DNA of 64,000 nucleotides from an uncultured Chloroflexia bacterium (GCA_963797095.1 CAWCNY010000004.1:320001-384000), one strand, 5' to 3'. Shown: positions 19,101 to 28,161, counted from the first letter of the stretch. Numbers and translations: made by a program. The notes: generated from the sequence alone by a model not told the origin.

Positions 19101-19124
19101 TCGTCACTCGCCACTCCTCACTCG

Positions 19125-19289
19125 TCACTCCTGCGTCTTGTTCAACTCAGTATTGATACTCGCGATCTGGTCCACCCAGGCGCGGCGCTCTGCGTGTTCC
19201 AGCTCCATTATCTCGGCCAGGGGCCAATGGAAGTAATACGCTATATAGGCTACCTCTTCTCTGAGCTGGTCGAGAGGGTAGCCGATCAT
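19125..19289 (-). CDS. DUF6760-like small protein (54 aa), absent from the ORF track
   Basis: Manual translation MIGYPLDQLREEVAYIAYYFHWPLAEIMELEHAERRAWVDQIASINTELNKTQE; ATGA overlap with the upstream chaperone stop. Confidence 0.85.
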   Translation of the reverse strand: MIGYPLDQLREEVAYIAYYFHWPLAEIMELEHAERRAWVDQIASINTELNKTQE

Positions 19290-19684
19290 TCCCCCGATGG
19301 AACCAACTCCACTTCAAACTGGTGCCCGCAATTAGGGCATTGCGTTGGGATAGTGCTGTGCTCCGCCTCGTTGATGCGCCGGTAAAGGTCTTGCAGATAG
19401 GCGAAGTCTGCCGAGAACATGTTTTCGATCACACCTGTATGCACCTGAGCCAGCGTCCCAAGCTTCGTGATCACCCGCGACAACAAGACGACGGTCAGGT
19501 AAGCCTGGTTCTGTTTGACCCGCATATCCCGCATCGGCACGATCTCGTCCATCGCTGTTGCGAGGCGCATCGTACCCTCCCGGTGCAGGTTCCCATCGCT
19601 ATCCACATACCCTCTCGGCAAGATGAAGTCGAATTCGGTTTGCAGCCCCTTCGCAGGCGCGCGCTCCTTCTCAGGTACGAACAT
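19286..19684 (-). CDS. Phage-type tail assembly chaperone with C-terminal CxxC
   Basis: LQTEFDFILPRGYVD..G.LHREGTMRLATAMDEI...AYLTVVLLSRVITKLG...FSADFAYLQDLYRRIN...CPNCG. Confidence 0.85.
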   Translation of the reverse strand: MFVPEKERAPAKGLQTEFDFILPRGYVDSDGNLHREGTMRLATAMDEIVPMRDMRVKQNQAYLTVVLLSRVITKLGTLAQVHTGVIENMFSADFAYLQDLYRRINEAEHSTIPTQCPNCGHQFEVELVPSGE

Positions 19685-19713
19685 TCCGCTTCCTTTCTAG
19701 CTTCGCGAATTAC

Positions 19714-19772
19714 GAATTACGAATTACGAATCACAGCTCGCTAACGCCGCCGCCATTCGTAATTCGTAATTC
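19714..19772. terminator. 18-bp perfect inverted repeat built from GAATTAC heptamers, downstream of tube 1; possible terminator or mRNA-stabilising stem
   Basis: Arms GAATTACGAATTACGAAT (19714-19731) and ATTCGTAATTCGTAATTC (19755-19772). Function inferred only. Confidence 0.45.
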
Positions 19773-19787
19773 ATGGTTCCTTTTAGC

Positions 19788-20252
19788 TTAGCCGGTCCGC
19801 TCCAGCCCTTCGTGCACGATCTCAAGCTCTTCGATGCCCACCTCGTTCGTGCTCGAATTGAGCGATGGGCCGGAGATCTTCCGGGGCCATGCGCGCAGGA
19901 AGCTCCAGCGCGCCACTTCGTCACCATTCTGGTTCACCATCACGATCGAGCCATTGGCGCGGGCCGATTCCACCTGGCCTTCCTCAACCAACTTCCGCCA
20001 CTGCCACGCCTCCATTGAGTTGGTGATGCCGCGCTTCAGGTTGATCGGCGTCCACTTCAACCGGCCTGGCACGGCCTGGATAGTGTGATAATCTTGTTTG
20101 GTGCTCCCCTTATACTCGATCAACTCGGTCTCCGAGCCGATACCGGAGCACTCGCGGAACACCATATTGTCAAGATGACCGTCCACGCTTACATAAAAGT
20201 GCGCCTGGACCAACGGGTCAACGCGAACTGCTCGTCCTTCCATTCCGGGCAT
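19788..20252 (-). CDS. Major tail tube protein (T4 gp19-like, Afp1-type)
   Basis: DPLVQAHF...FRECSGIGSETELIEYK...PGRLKWTPINLKRGIT...NGSIVM...AWPRKISGP...IEELEIVHEG; GGAGG SD. Confidence 0.93.
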   Translation of the reverse strand: MPGMEGRAVRVDPLVQAHFYVSVDGHLDNMVFRECSGIGSETELIEYKGSTKQDYHTIQAVPGRLKWTPINLKRGITNSMEAWQWRKLVEEGQVESARANGSIVMVNQNGDEVARWSFLRAWPRKISGPSLNSSTNEVGIEELEIVHEGLERTG

Positions 20253-20346
20253 AGTTGTGTTCCTCCATATTGGTACATGCTGGGCCCCAGCCCAACATCA
20301 TCGAATTGCCATAACCGAGAACTCGCCACTCGTCACTCGCCACTCG

Positions 20347-21948
20347 CTACTCACTGACCGACCCCCCGCTCTGCCACTGGCTCAAGCGGATAATCACAAA
20401 CTCGGCAGGTTTTACAGGGCAGATGCCAACTTCGATAATCAGCTGGCCCACGTCACGGGTCTCCGGTGGGTTGTTCTCTTCATCGCACTTCACGTAGAAC
20501 GCTTCCTTAGCGGTATTCCCGAAGAGTGCCCCATCGCGCCAGGTGCGCATCAAGAACGCCCCGATATCCCGCTTCACCCTCTCCCACAGGTCTCTGTCGT
20601 TCGGTTCGAACACTGCCCATTGCGTCCCCTGCAATAGCGACTTCTCGACATAGTTGAACAGTCGTCGCACATTCAGGTAGCGCCACGATGGATCGCTCGA
20701 CACAGTGCGAGCGCCCCATACCCGGATGCCCCTGCCGGGGAACGTCCTGATCACATTGATCCCGACCGGGTTCAAGATCGACTGCTCGTTGTGGGTCGTC
20801 TGGTATTCCAGGCCAATCGCACCAGCCACGACCTCGTTGGCCGGGGCCTTGTGCACGCCCCTCTGGTCGTCGTTGCGCGACCATATGCCCGCCATGTGAC
20901 CGCACGGCGGCACATAGATGCCGGAGCCATTGCCCAGCGGGTTGGCTACCCTGATCCAGGGGTAATACAACGTCCCGTACTTGCTATCGTAATTGACCTC
21001 TTTCATGCGCCAATCGCGGATGCGTTGAGGATTCATCCCCGGAGGCGAATTGAGGATCGCTACCCGGTCGCCCATGTTCTGGGAGTGGTCCAGCATCGCC
21101 TGTTGAACTGCCTGCACGCCCTCCATGTCGATCCGTCCAGCCTGGTACAGCGCCCACAGGTCCGGGAAGCAGACCATGGTAGCGTCCTCGGCCACTTCCA
21201 ACCCGTTAACGCCACTTCGCTCCGAGGCATCCCCTATAAGCAGGTCGGTTCCCATTCGCGAGTTTTGCGTCGCCAGCGCCGTCTCGCTTGGCAGCGACAG
21301 CGGGTAGCTGCCAGGTGATGGCATTCGCTCTGCCGCGCTTGCCGAGCTTTCACGCTCTGCTAACCTCACCAGCTTCAATTCGGCGTTCACTATATCTATC
21401 GCGTTGCGCACCCTGCGCCCGCGTCCCATAGTTACATTCTCGAATCTTTCCTCAGCATCGCCCTGCTTCACGACCACCGTGAATGCATCCTCCGGCGCTG
21501 GCTGGCCGTCGGCGGGAGCCGTGCCCGGCTGTATCTCCAGGGTGATCGAGCTACCCGTCGAGCCAGAGTCGCGTGCCGTCGCATCAAACGACACTGCCCC
21601 GCCACCCGCCAGCGCAGGCACACCCACACTCGCCGTCGGCAATTGAGCGGCCCCTCGCTTCGCCGAAGCGGCGTCGGCTTCGCTCATCGGCAGTCGGGTG
21701 ATATAGCACGTTGATCCGCCGTTGTTGAAGAACCCATATACGGCGTGCGCCAGGTAACCTCCAGGTATGAAGTTACCGAACGTATTGACGAACTGCGTCC
21801 AGTTGGCGATAAACGTAGGCTCGTTGATCGGGCCGCGCTCCGAAAAGCCCACAAAGGCCGCGATGCGCGTCCCCACACCCTCGATTGGCTTACTACCCTT
21901 ATCCACCTCCTCGACGTATACGCCTGGGGTCAAGTAAGTTGTGGCCAT
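20347..21948 (-). CDS. Contractile tail sheath protein (Afp2/3/4-type)
   Basis: YLTPGVYVEEV, YGFFNNGG, LYYPWI, VPPCGHMAG, RGVHKAPANE, VWGART, WRYLNVRR, WAVFEPND, PVKPAEFVI; ATG 21948 with AAAGGAG SD. Confidence 0.96.
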   Translation of the reverse strand: MATTYLTPGVYVEEVDKGSKPIEGVGTRIAAFVGFSERGPINEPTFIANWTQFVNTFGNFIPGGYLAHAVYGFFNNGGSTCYITRLPMSEADAASAKRGAAQLPTASVGVPALAGGGAVSFDATARDSGSTGSSITLEIQPGTAPADGQPAPEDAFTVVVKQGDAEERFENVTMGRGRRVRNAIDIVNAELKLVRLAERESSASAAERMPSPGSYPLSLPSETALATQNSRMGTDLLIGDASERSGVNGLEVAEDATMVCFPDLWALYQAGRIDMEGVQAVQQAMLDHSQNMGDRVAILNSPPGMNPQRIRDWRMKEVNYDSKYGTLYYPWIRVANPLGNGSGIYVPPCGHMAGIWSRNDDQRGVHKAPANEVVAGAIGLEYQTTHNEQSILNPVGINVIRTFPGRGIRVWGARTVSSDPSWRYLNVRRLFNYVEKSLLQGTQWAVFEPNDRDLWERVKRDIGAFLMRTWRDGALFGNTAKEAFYVKCDEENNPPETRDVGQLIIEVGICPVKPAEFVIIRLSQWQSGGSVSE

Positions 21949-22064
21949 AAACACTCCTTTCTAACTACACTGTCAACCCGCAACGGACGACATGATCTTC
22001 ATCTATTGCAACGACCCTCGTCCAATCCGAATTCTGTGATCCGAAATCCGAAATCCCAATAGGC

Positions 22065-23045
22065 TCACCTCCTCCGGCCTTTGCCGCCTGGCGACGGACC
22101 CGGCTGCTGGCCGGCGTCTCCTTCATTTGTGGGTGGCGATCTGTCACCGCCGCTGGTTGATCCTCCTTCCCGGCGCTGCCGTATGATCAAGTCGTAACCA
22201 TCACCGGGAACATCAATCTTCCTTTCGGTTTGCGCCCAATCGGGGTGCGTAGCCCGCAACATATAAGACCCATGCACCACATGCGAGAACCTGAAGCGGC
22301 CTTCAGGGTCAGTCTTCGACCTCAGCCCTCGCCCTACTATTTCCACTTCCACTCCCATGTCCCGGGCAGGCATGGGCGGCGCTCCATCGTTCTCCACCAG
22401 CACCCACCCTCCGATCTGCGACACAGGCACTTCATACGCCGCGGCCCCTTCCATATCGGGGTGCACCAGCACCCGCCTGGTGAGCACCAACGGCACCCCA
22501 ACCAGTTGGTCTGGATCGAGCGGCAGCGTCACCGTCAATTGCACCCCCGGTTTCACATACGACTCCAGGCTGCTCCACAGGTCGCTAGGATTCTTGAACG
22601 GCCCATCGCTCTGAGCAACCTTAACGGGCACCGGCCACTCCTGCTCGGCCAGCACTCCCTGTAGCTTCTCCTGTGGTATCTGGCGGTAGCGCATGAATGA
22701 AGCAAAAGCTCGCCACAGCAGCCGGTGTTCGTCCTCCACCAGGTTGGCCCAGGCGGTGATCAAATAGTGAGCATCGATCCGCGACGGCATCCTGCGTCTG
22801 ATCGCGCCCACCCGTATCCCACCCTCACCCGTCTGCATGGCTTGCATCCGCTCAGTTTCCCAGTCTAAGTTCCTCAGGTCGGTATTTTCCACCATGTGGT
22901 ACAGGTAGCAGTTCAGCGTTGGTCGCGCCAGCGACCCGCTCCACTCCTTCGTAGGCGCGTCAAACACCACGTCAATTTCGGCGATGTCTAGCGGCACCCC
23001 CTCAATCAGGAGTTGCTTGATCGTTTCGTCCAGGTCGGTAATCAT
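22065..23045 (-). CDS. Pvc16/DUF4255 cap protein with C-terminal carboxypeptidase-regulatory-like beta domain
   Basis: MITDLDETIKQLL...VFDAPTKEW...PTLNCYLY...HYLITAW...DEHRLL; C-terminal TDPEGRFRFSHV..GSYMLRA. Confidence 0.85.
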   Translation of the reverse strand: MITDLDETIKQLLIEGVPLDIAEIDVVFDAPTKEWSGSLARPTLNCYLYHMVENTDLRNLDWETERMQAMQTGEGGIRVGAIRRRMPSRIDAHYLITAWANLVEDEHRLLWRAFASFMRYRQIPQEKLQGVLAEQEWPVPVKVAQSDGPFKNPSDLWSSLESYVKPGVQLTVTLPLDPDQLVGVPLVLTRRVLVHPDMEGAAAYEVPVSQIGGWVLVENDGAPPMPARDMGVEVEIVGRGLRSKTDPEGRFRFSHVVHGSYMLRATHPDWAQTERKIDVPGDGYDLIIRQRREGGSTSGGDRSPPTNEGDAGQQPGPSPGGKGRRR

Positions 23046-23058
23046 GCGCTACAAACTC

Positions 23059-23385
23059 TCACTGTCCACTCGCCCTTGTCCTCGATTTCGATGTGCCCGC
23101 CTGCCCCTTCTTCTTGCCGTCACGGTGGTTCTCTTGTCCACCTACCTGCCTATCCGCCGCCCGCTCCCCATCCGGCTCCCGGCTCATGGGTGTATCATCG
23201 CTTTCCAGAGCAAACGGCAGCGACAACTCATTGACATCCGAGTGAGCCTGGATGAACTCCAACATCTCAGAAGGAGAGCTGAACCGCAGGCGCTCGCGGG
23301 TTGCGACGTGTTCAATAAGACCCCAGCGCCAGCCCTGCTCAGGCTCAACCCAGAAACGTAAGATAAAGGAGCTATAGTGTCCCAC
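23059..23385 (-). CDS. Small hypothetical protein, first gene of the CIS operon
   Basis: GTG at 23385 with AAGGAG SD; YSSFILRFWVE...WRWGLIEHVATRERLRF...EMLEFI followed by a charged tail. Confidence 0.65.
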   Translation of the reverse strand: MGHYSSFILRFWVEPEQGWRWGLIEHVATRERLRFSSPSEMLEFIQAHSDVNELSLPFALESDDTPMSREPDGERAADRQVGGQENHRDGKKKGQAGTSKSRTRASGQ

Positions 23386-23476
23386 ACACACTCCTTGCAA
23401 GCTTGGCCGTGATCGCAACGAAATAAGATAACAGGAACAACAAGAAAGCCGCTCCATGACAACGGGAACGGCCTTC

Positions 23477-23519
23477 AATCTAGCACCACTGCGTTAGCGC
23501 AGCATTAGCCACGCGTTAG
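23477..23519 (-). promoter_or_regulatory. SARP-type promoter: three heptamers (CTAACGC/CTAATGC/CTAACGC) with 4-nt spacers, 8 nt upstream of extended -10 TGcTAGATT
   Basis: Plus-strand GCGTTAG 23491-23497, GCATTAG 23502-23508, GCGTTAG 23513-23519 and AATCTA 23477-23482; directly below the SARP gene. Confidence 0.7.
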
Positions 23520-24532
23520 GGGAATGTATAGTGCGCCGCGCGCTCATGCAACTGGCACGTCACGAGCAACGCTTGTGTCTCCGCTCCCGGCTCCATCCCA
23601 AGCTCTCGCTTCAGCGTGCGCGCGCACAGGTTGTACCAGTAAAGGGCGCGTGCGGGTTGCCCCAACCTGGCATGGCTCAAGATCAGGTGGCGATAAGCAT
23701 CTTCTCGGCAGTCGTCTTGCGCCAGTAGCTTCTGCGACCATATCACAGCGCCCATATAGTCGCCCGCATCAAACGACATCCCGGCCAGCATTGTCAGAAT
23801 GGTTGAATATGCGTCGCGCAGCGCCTCTCGCCTGAGCAGCGTCCAGTCCGCATAAGGCTCGTCAAGCAGATAATCACCCGTGTACAATGCCTCGGCCTCC
23901 TCGTACTCCATCATAGCCTCCGTGAGCCGTTCGTCCCTTTTCAGCCGCCAGCCATTGTGCCAGTGCCGCTCGAACTCCTCCACGTCTACCCATAATTCAA
24001 GCTCAGGGTTGAGCATAATGTTGCTCCCCTGCGGAATCACCAGTTCCTCACCATTCGGCGGTGCGTAGCTACTGCTCAAGCTTCTCCGAAGGGTGTGCAT
24101 AACCACGCGCAGGCGGCCCTGTCCCACGGATGGAGAAGCATCAGGCCACAGCAGGTCGAGCAATGCCTCCCTCGATACCGGGTGCTTCCTGTGCCCGATC
24201 AAATACTTCAATATCGTTTGCGCCTGCCCAGGCATCTCGGCCAACACCTTGGTTTGCCCGGCCATCAGCTGGAAAGGTCCAAGCAAATACGCCCTTAGCT
24301 CCGGAGGCGCAGGCCTCTCGCGCCCTTCCTTCAGGTCCGCATCTTCGCTCAGATATGGTTCTCTAGCTTCGTTTGGCTGGTCAAGGGCATCGCCAAGCGC
24401 AGCCAGATCCTCTCCAAGGGCATTCAGCGAGGCCGCAAGCCGCCGGTATTTGGCGCGGGCCTGCGCGAATCTATCGCTAAGTGCCGAGGTTTCTCTTCCC
24501 CTCAGCCTGGCAGCCAATCCCTTCACATCCAT
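23516..24532 (-). CDS. SARP/AfsR-family transcriptional activator (OmpR-type wHTH + BTAD)
   Basis: AYLLGPFQL, SREALLDLLWPD...RLRVVMHTLRR, WVDVEEFE, ALYTGDYL..EPYADW, EDAYRHLI, LKRELGMEPG. Start at 24532 or 24583. Confidence 0.92.
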   Translation of the reverse strand: MDVKGLAARLRGRETSALSDRFAQARAKYRRLAASLNALGEDLAALGDALDQPNEAREPYLSEDADLKEGRERPAPPELRAYLLGPFQLMAGQTKVLAEMPGQAQTILKYLIGHRKHPVSREALLDLLWPDASPSVGQGRLRVVMHTLRRSLSSSYAPPNGEELVIPQGSNIMLNPELELWVDVEEFERHWHNGWRLKRDERLTEAMMEYEEAEALYTGDYLLDEPYADWTLLRREALRDAYSTILTMLAGMSFDAGDYMGAVIWSQKLLAQDDCREDAYRHLILSHARLGQPARALYWYNLCARTLKRELGMEPGAETQALLVTCQLHERAAHYTFP

Positions 24533-24779
24533 AACGTATCCACGGCTCGGTCTAAATGAACGATCGGTCGCCGGAGCAAACAAAAGATAGTCTAACCCGA
24601 CTTCTTTCCTGAAGACTAACTGGAGATAAGGCGGGTAGTACCAATGGAACCTGCTGGCACGAAGTGTGTCGTGTAGATGTTATTACCTGACCCCTCTCGT
24701 TTCAGGGGCCAATCAGGCAAGTGTATTTTGAATAATAGCACCGACGCTTGTGGGTGTCAACAGCACTATTGTCGCATAT

Positions 24780-25526
24780 TCAGGTGTTCCGCCCTATCCT
24801 CATAAAGATCGGCCAAAACGTCATTTTCCGCTCCTCAGCGTCTCCCCACGCCTCGGCCAGTTCGCCTTCCACCAGGTCCACAGGGTCGCTGCCGCGCGCT
24901 TCAATATACCGTCTCACAGGCGACCACGTCCTCAAATAGGCCAGCATATCGCTCAGGTCCCATTCAAGCTCAATACTGAACTGAGGTGGCTCGATCTCCC
25001 TGAAGGGGAACGCAAACGAGCTATAGCCCTCGTCCACGTACTTCCGCTCGCGCGGCCAGTATGGACCAACCGTCTCGTAATAAAAACGATCGATAATCCG
25101 ATCTATATCGCCACCTATCCTGCAAAGCGCGTAAGCCCACACAGCCAGCACTCCATCCTTTTTCAGCGTCCGATGCGCCTCCTCAAAGAAGCGTTCCAGG
25201 TCGAACCAATGGAGCGCCTGCGCCACCGTTATCAGGTCAACTGTACCACTATCCAACCCCGACCCCTCGGCCCGCGCCTCCCTGTACTCCACTTTCGGGT
25301 GCGCAAAGGCATTCCGCAATTGCGCCGAACTGGGGTCGGTAGCGATCACATGCTCAAAATAGTCGGCCAACCCCACCGCAGCCTGCCCGTTTCCCGTCCC
25401 ACAATCCCACGCCAACTCATGTCCGGCAGCCACCGAAGCCACATACTCGAACAACCGCGCCGGGTAATGGGGCCGCCGCCGCGCATACTCGTCCGATTGC
25501 GCAGAGAAATAATCCTTGAATTGCAT
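24780..25526 (-). CDS. Class I SAM-dependent methyltransferase
   Basis: FKDYFS...YARRRPHYP, AWDCGTGNGQAA, VDLITVAQALHWFD, YLRTWS. Confidence 0.92.
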   Translation of the reverse strand: MQFKDYFSAQSDEYARRRPHYPARLFEYVASVAAGHELAWDCGTGNGQAAVGLADYFEHVIATDPSSAQLRNAFAHPKVEYREARAEGSGLDSGTVDLITVAQALHWFDLERFFEEAHRTLKKDGVLAVWAYALCRIGGDIDRIIDRFYYETVGPYWPRERKYVDEGYSSFAFPFREIEPPQFSIELEWDLSDMLAYLRTWSPVRRYIEARGSDPVDLVEGELAEAWGDAEERKMTFWPIFMRIGRNT

Positions 25527-25552
25527 GCCACATTATACGCCAACCCAAAATT

Positions 25553-25700
25553 GAAACATGAAACATCCCAAATCCTAGGTTCAGCTTCGCAGTTGCGCAA
25601 TCTGGTTCTAAAATAGGCAAAATTCGGGGAGGGGTTGGGGTGGGGTCTGCGGTCATTCCCAATCTGTCTTACGCACGAATCGAAAATTCGGGATGCCTCA
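25553..25700. repeat. Dispersed intergenic repeat / MITE-like remnant
   Basis: 25553-25592 matches 52853-52892 at 35/40 positions; the right end AAATTCGGGATG is a near reverse complement of the CATCCC(A/G)AAT core. Confidence 0.5.
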
Positions 25701-25726
25701 GGTATGTCGTACCTGGCAAAGACTCT

Positions 25727-28117
25727 CTACGCGCCTGCTTGCGCCTTGTCTCCCTTCGACGTGCGTCGCGCAGCTTCAGCCTCGTCCTTCGCCGCCGAGC
25801 CAACCGGGATCGCTTCGTCCGGGTCACTCTCTCCAAGCCCAAGACGTGTGTACAACGCCGCCAAAGGGCGCGGAGCCCACCAATTCAACCGCCCAAGCAG
25901 CCTCATCGTGGCAGGCACAAGCAGCATGCGCACAACCGTCGCATCAACCAGGATCGCAAGCCCCAGCCCGACCCCTACCTGTTTGATGAACAACACGTCG
26001 CCAAGCGCGAACGCTCCGATCACCACCACCAGTAACAGAGCCGCGCTGGTGATGATCCCACCGGTCCGTTGCACTCCGGTCGCCACCGACTGCACTGTAT
26101 CGCCTGTGTGGTCGTAAGCCTCCTTGATTCGGCTCAGCAGGAACACTTCATAGTCCATCGACAGCCCGAACGCGATAGCGAAGATCAGCACCGGCATAGT
26201 GCCGTCGATATTCCCCAACGGTGTGAAATTGAGCACGTTCGACAGATGCCCATCCTGGAATATCCACACAAGCGCCCCAAAACTTGCCGAAAGAGACAGC
26301 ACATTTAGCACCACAGCTTTCAGCGGCACTACCACGCTCCCCAGCATCAGGAACAGCAGTATAAACATTACAGCTACGATCAAGATCACCGCGATGGGCA
26401 CGCCGGCCGCCAGGCTCGCAAGGAAATCGTCCAACTGAGCACTATATCCGCCGACCAACGCTGTTATCCCCTCTGGCGGCGCAACGGCACGTATCTGCCG
26501 CACTAGATCCTGTGCGCCACTGCCCAGTATGTCCCCCGAATAGATCACACGTACCTCGCTGTAATTCCCATTCGAGTACTGCGCGGCTGCCTGCGCGGCC
26601 AGCGCCGCCTGGGGGTTCGCCGAATTCCCTATTGACGAGTAGAAAGCTGCGTACGCTGCGCTCCCAAGGGAGTCCAGCCGTGGATCCAGCGTCACCAGAC
26701 TTTCAACCCTCGTAACTCCTGGCAGCGCCTGGAGCTTGCGAGTGTAGTTGAACAGCGCGCTCAGGTTGTCCGCGCTCGTAGCCGCACTGTCGCTATGAAC
26801 TATGACCTCGATAGGCTGAGTCTCGTTCTGCGGGAAATCGCTCGTCAGCGCCTCACCTACGGCCCGGCTCTCCGCACCCTCAGGCAGCGCCCGGTGGTCC
26901 GGAATAGACAGGTTAATTCCAAAGAAAGGCAGCCCCACTATAAGCAAAGGCAACACCGTCGCGACCAGCACCACCACCGGGCGGCGCATCACAAAGTTGC
27001 TCAGCCTGTACCACAGACCGCTATCGCTACCGTTCGCATTCCCGTTCTGCCCGGCGACCCCTCCTGCTCCTCTGAACCGTGTCGGCAGCAGTGAACGCAC
27101 CGACAGCATATTTACCCTCGGCCCCATCAGCGCCAGAATCGCGGGCAGCACTGTCACGGCCCCAACCATCGCGATCATCACCGCCGAAGCCCCACCCCAA
27201 CCCATGCTCTTGAGGAACATTTGCGGGAACACCATCAGGCTCAACAAACTGATCATCACAGTCAGACCGCTGAAGATCACCGTCTTCCCTGCCGTCTGCA
27301 TGGTCTTCGTCAGAGCCGGTTGCACGTTATTGTCGTGCCGCACCAGTTCTTCCCGGAAGCGGCTCACCATGAACAGGCTGTAGTCAATAGCCAACCCCAG
27401 GCCCAGCATGGTCACGATATTGACCGCAAATATGGAAACATCGGCAAAATTGGTCGTGATCCGCAGTATGAGGAACGCCCCCAGTATCGCCAGACCACCC
27501 GTAAACAAGGGCAAAGCCGCCGCCAGCAAACTCCCGAATATGATCACAAGTAGCACGAACACAATCGGAAAACTCAGTGTCTCGGCTCGCTCAAGGTCGG
27601 TCTGTACCAGTTCATTGATCTCCTGGCTAACCGCCGGGTACCCACCCAGGCGCACCTCCAGCGTATCGCTCGTGAGGAGAGGGCGCAGCCGCTTCATATT
27701 CTCTAATTGAACATCGTCATCACCCTGTAGCCCCACAACCGCATAGGTGCTTGTGTGGTCGTTCGACACCAGCGTGCTCGACCCGGTTGTGTAATAAGTC
27801 GTGATCCCCGCCACGTTCGGCTGTCCCTTGATCCGGTCCAGCGTAGCTTCCACCACCGCCTTGTAGCTGGGTGCGTCTACCTGCGTGCCGTCCTTCGAGT
27901 TGAACAGCACCACCAGCGTGCGGGCCGCCTGTCCCATTTCCGACTTGAGCAGACTCTCGACCTGTGCCGATTCCGAGCCGGGATTATCGTACCCGCCCGC
28001 TTTCAGGTCCGCGAAGACGCTCGTCCCAAAGACTCCACTTACTGCCATAAAGGCCAACCCGGCCACCAGCACAAACCATCTAGACTTGTAAATTGAGTTG
28101 CCTAGCCATGCGAACAT
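25727..28117 (-). CDS. MMPL-family (RND superfamily) transporter
   Basis: GLGLAIDYSLFMVSRFREE, TAGKTVIFSG, FGLSMDYEVFLLSRIKE, TGGIITSAA, DATVVRMLLVPA. Confidence 0.95.
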   Translation of the reverse strand: MFAWLGNSIYKSRWFVLVAGLAFMAVSGVFGTSVFADLKAGGYDNPGSESAQVESLLKSEMGQAARTLVVLFNSKDGTQVDAPSYKAVVEATLDRIKGQPNVAGITTYYTTGSSTLVSNDHTSTYAVVGLQGDDDVQLENMKRLRPLLTSDTLEVRLGGYPAVSQEINELVQTDLERAETLSFPIVFVLLVIIFGSLLAAALPLFTGGLAILGAFLILRITTNFADVSIFAVNIVTMLGLGLAIDYSLFMVSRFREELVRHDNNVQPALTKTMQTAGKTVIFSGLTVMISLLSLMVFPQMFLKSMGWGGASAVMIAMVGAVTVLPAILALMGPRVNMLSVRSLLPTRFRGAGGVAGQNGNANGSDSGLWYRLSNFVMRRPVVVLVATVLPLLIVGLPFFGINLSIPDHRALPEGAESRAVGEALTSDFPQNETQPIEVIVHSDSAATSADNLSALFNYTRKLQALPGVTRVESLVTLDPRLDSLGSAAYAAFYSSIGNSANPQAALAAQAAAQYSNGNYSEVRVIYSGDILGSGAQDLVRQIRAVAPPEGITALVGGYSAQLDDFLASLAAGVPIAVILIVAVMFILLFLMLGSVVVPLKAVVLNVLSLSASFGALVWIFQDGHLSNVLNFTPLGNIDGTMPVLIFAIAFGLSMDYEVFLLSRIKEAYDHTGDTVQSVATGVQRTGGIITSAALLLVVVIGAFALGDVLFIKQVGVGLGLAILVDATVVRMLLVPATMRLLGRLNWWAPRPLAALYTRLGLGESDPDEAIPVGSAAKDEAEAARRTSKGDKAQAGA

Positions 28118-28144
28118 TGCCTTCTCCTTGGTGTTTCCTCAGAT

Positions 28145-28161
28145 TGAATGAAGTTCATTCA
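28145..28161. promoter_or_regulatory. Putative TetR operator TGAATGAAGTTCATTCA upstream of the MMPL gene
   Basis: Perfect 8-1-8 palindrome, identical copy at 28864-28880. Confidence 0.75.

Noticed and set aside
1-24532. Prophage or T6SS interpretation of the tail genes
   Set aside because: No head, terminase, integrase or replication genes and no TssJLM/ClpV; Pvc16, DUF4157 and the Afp15-type ATPase indicate an eCIS-type locus.
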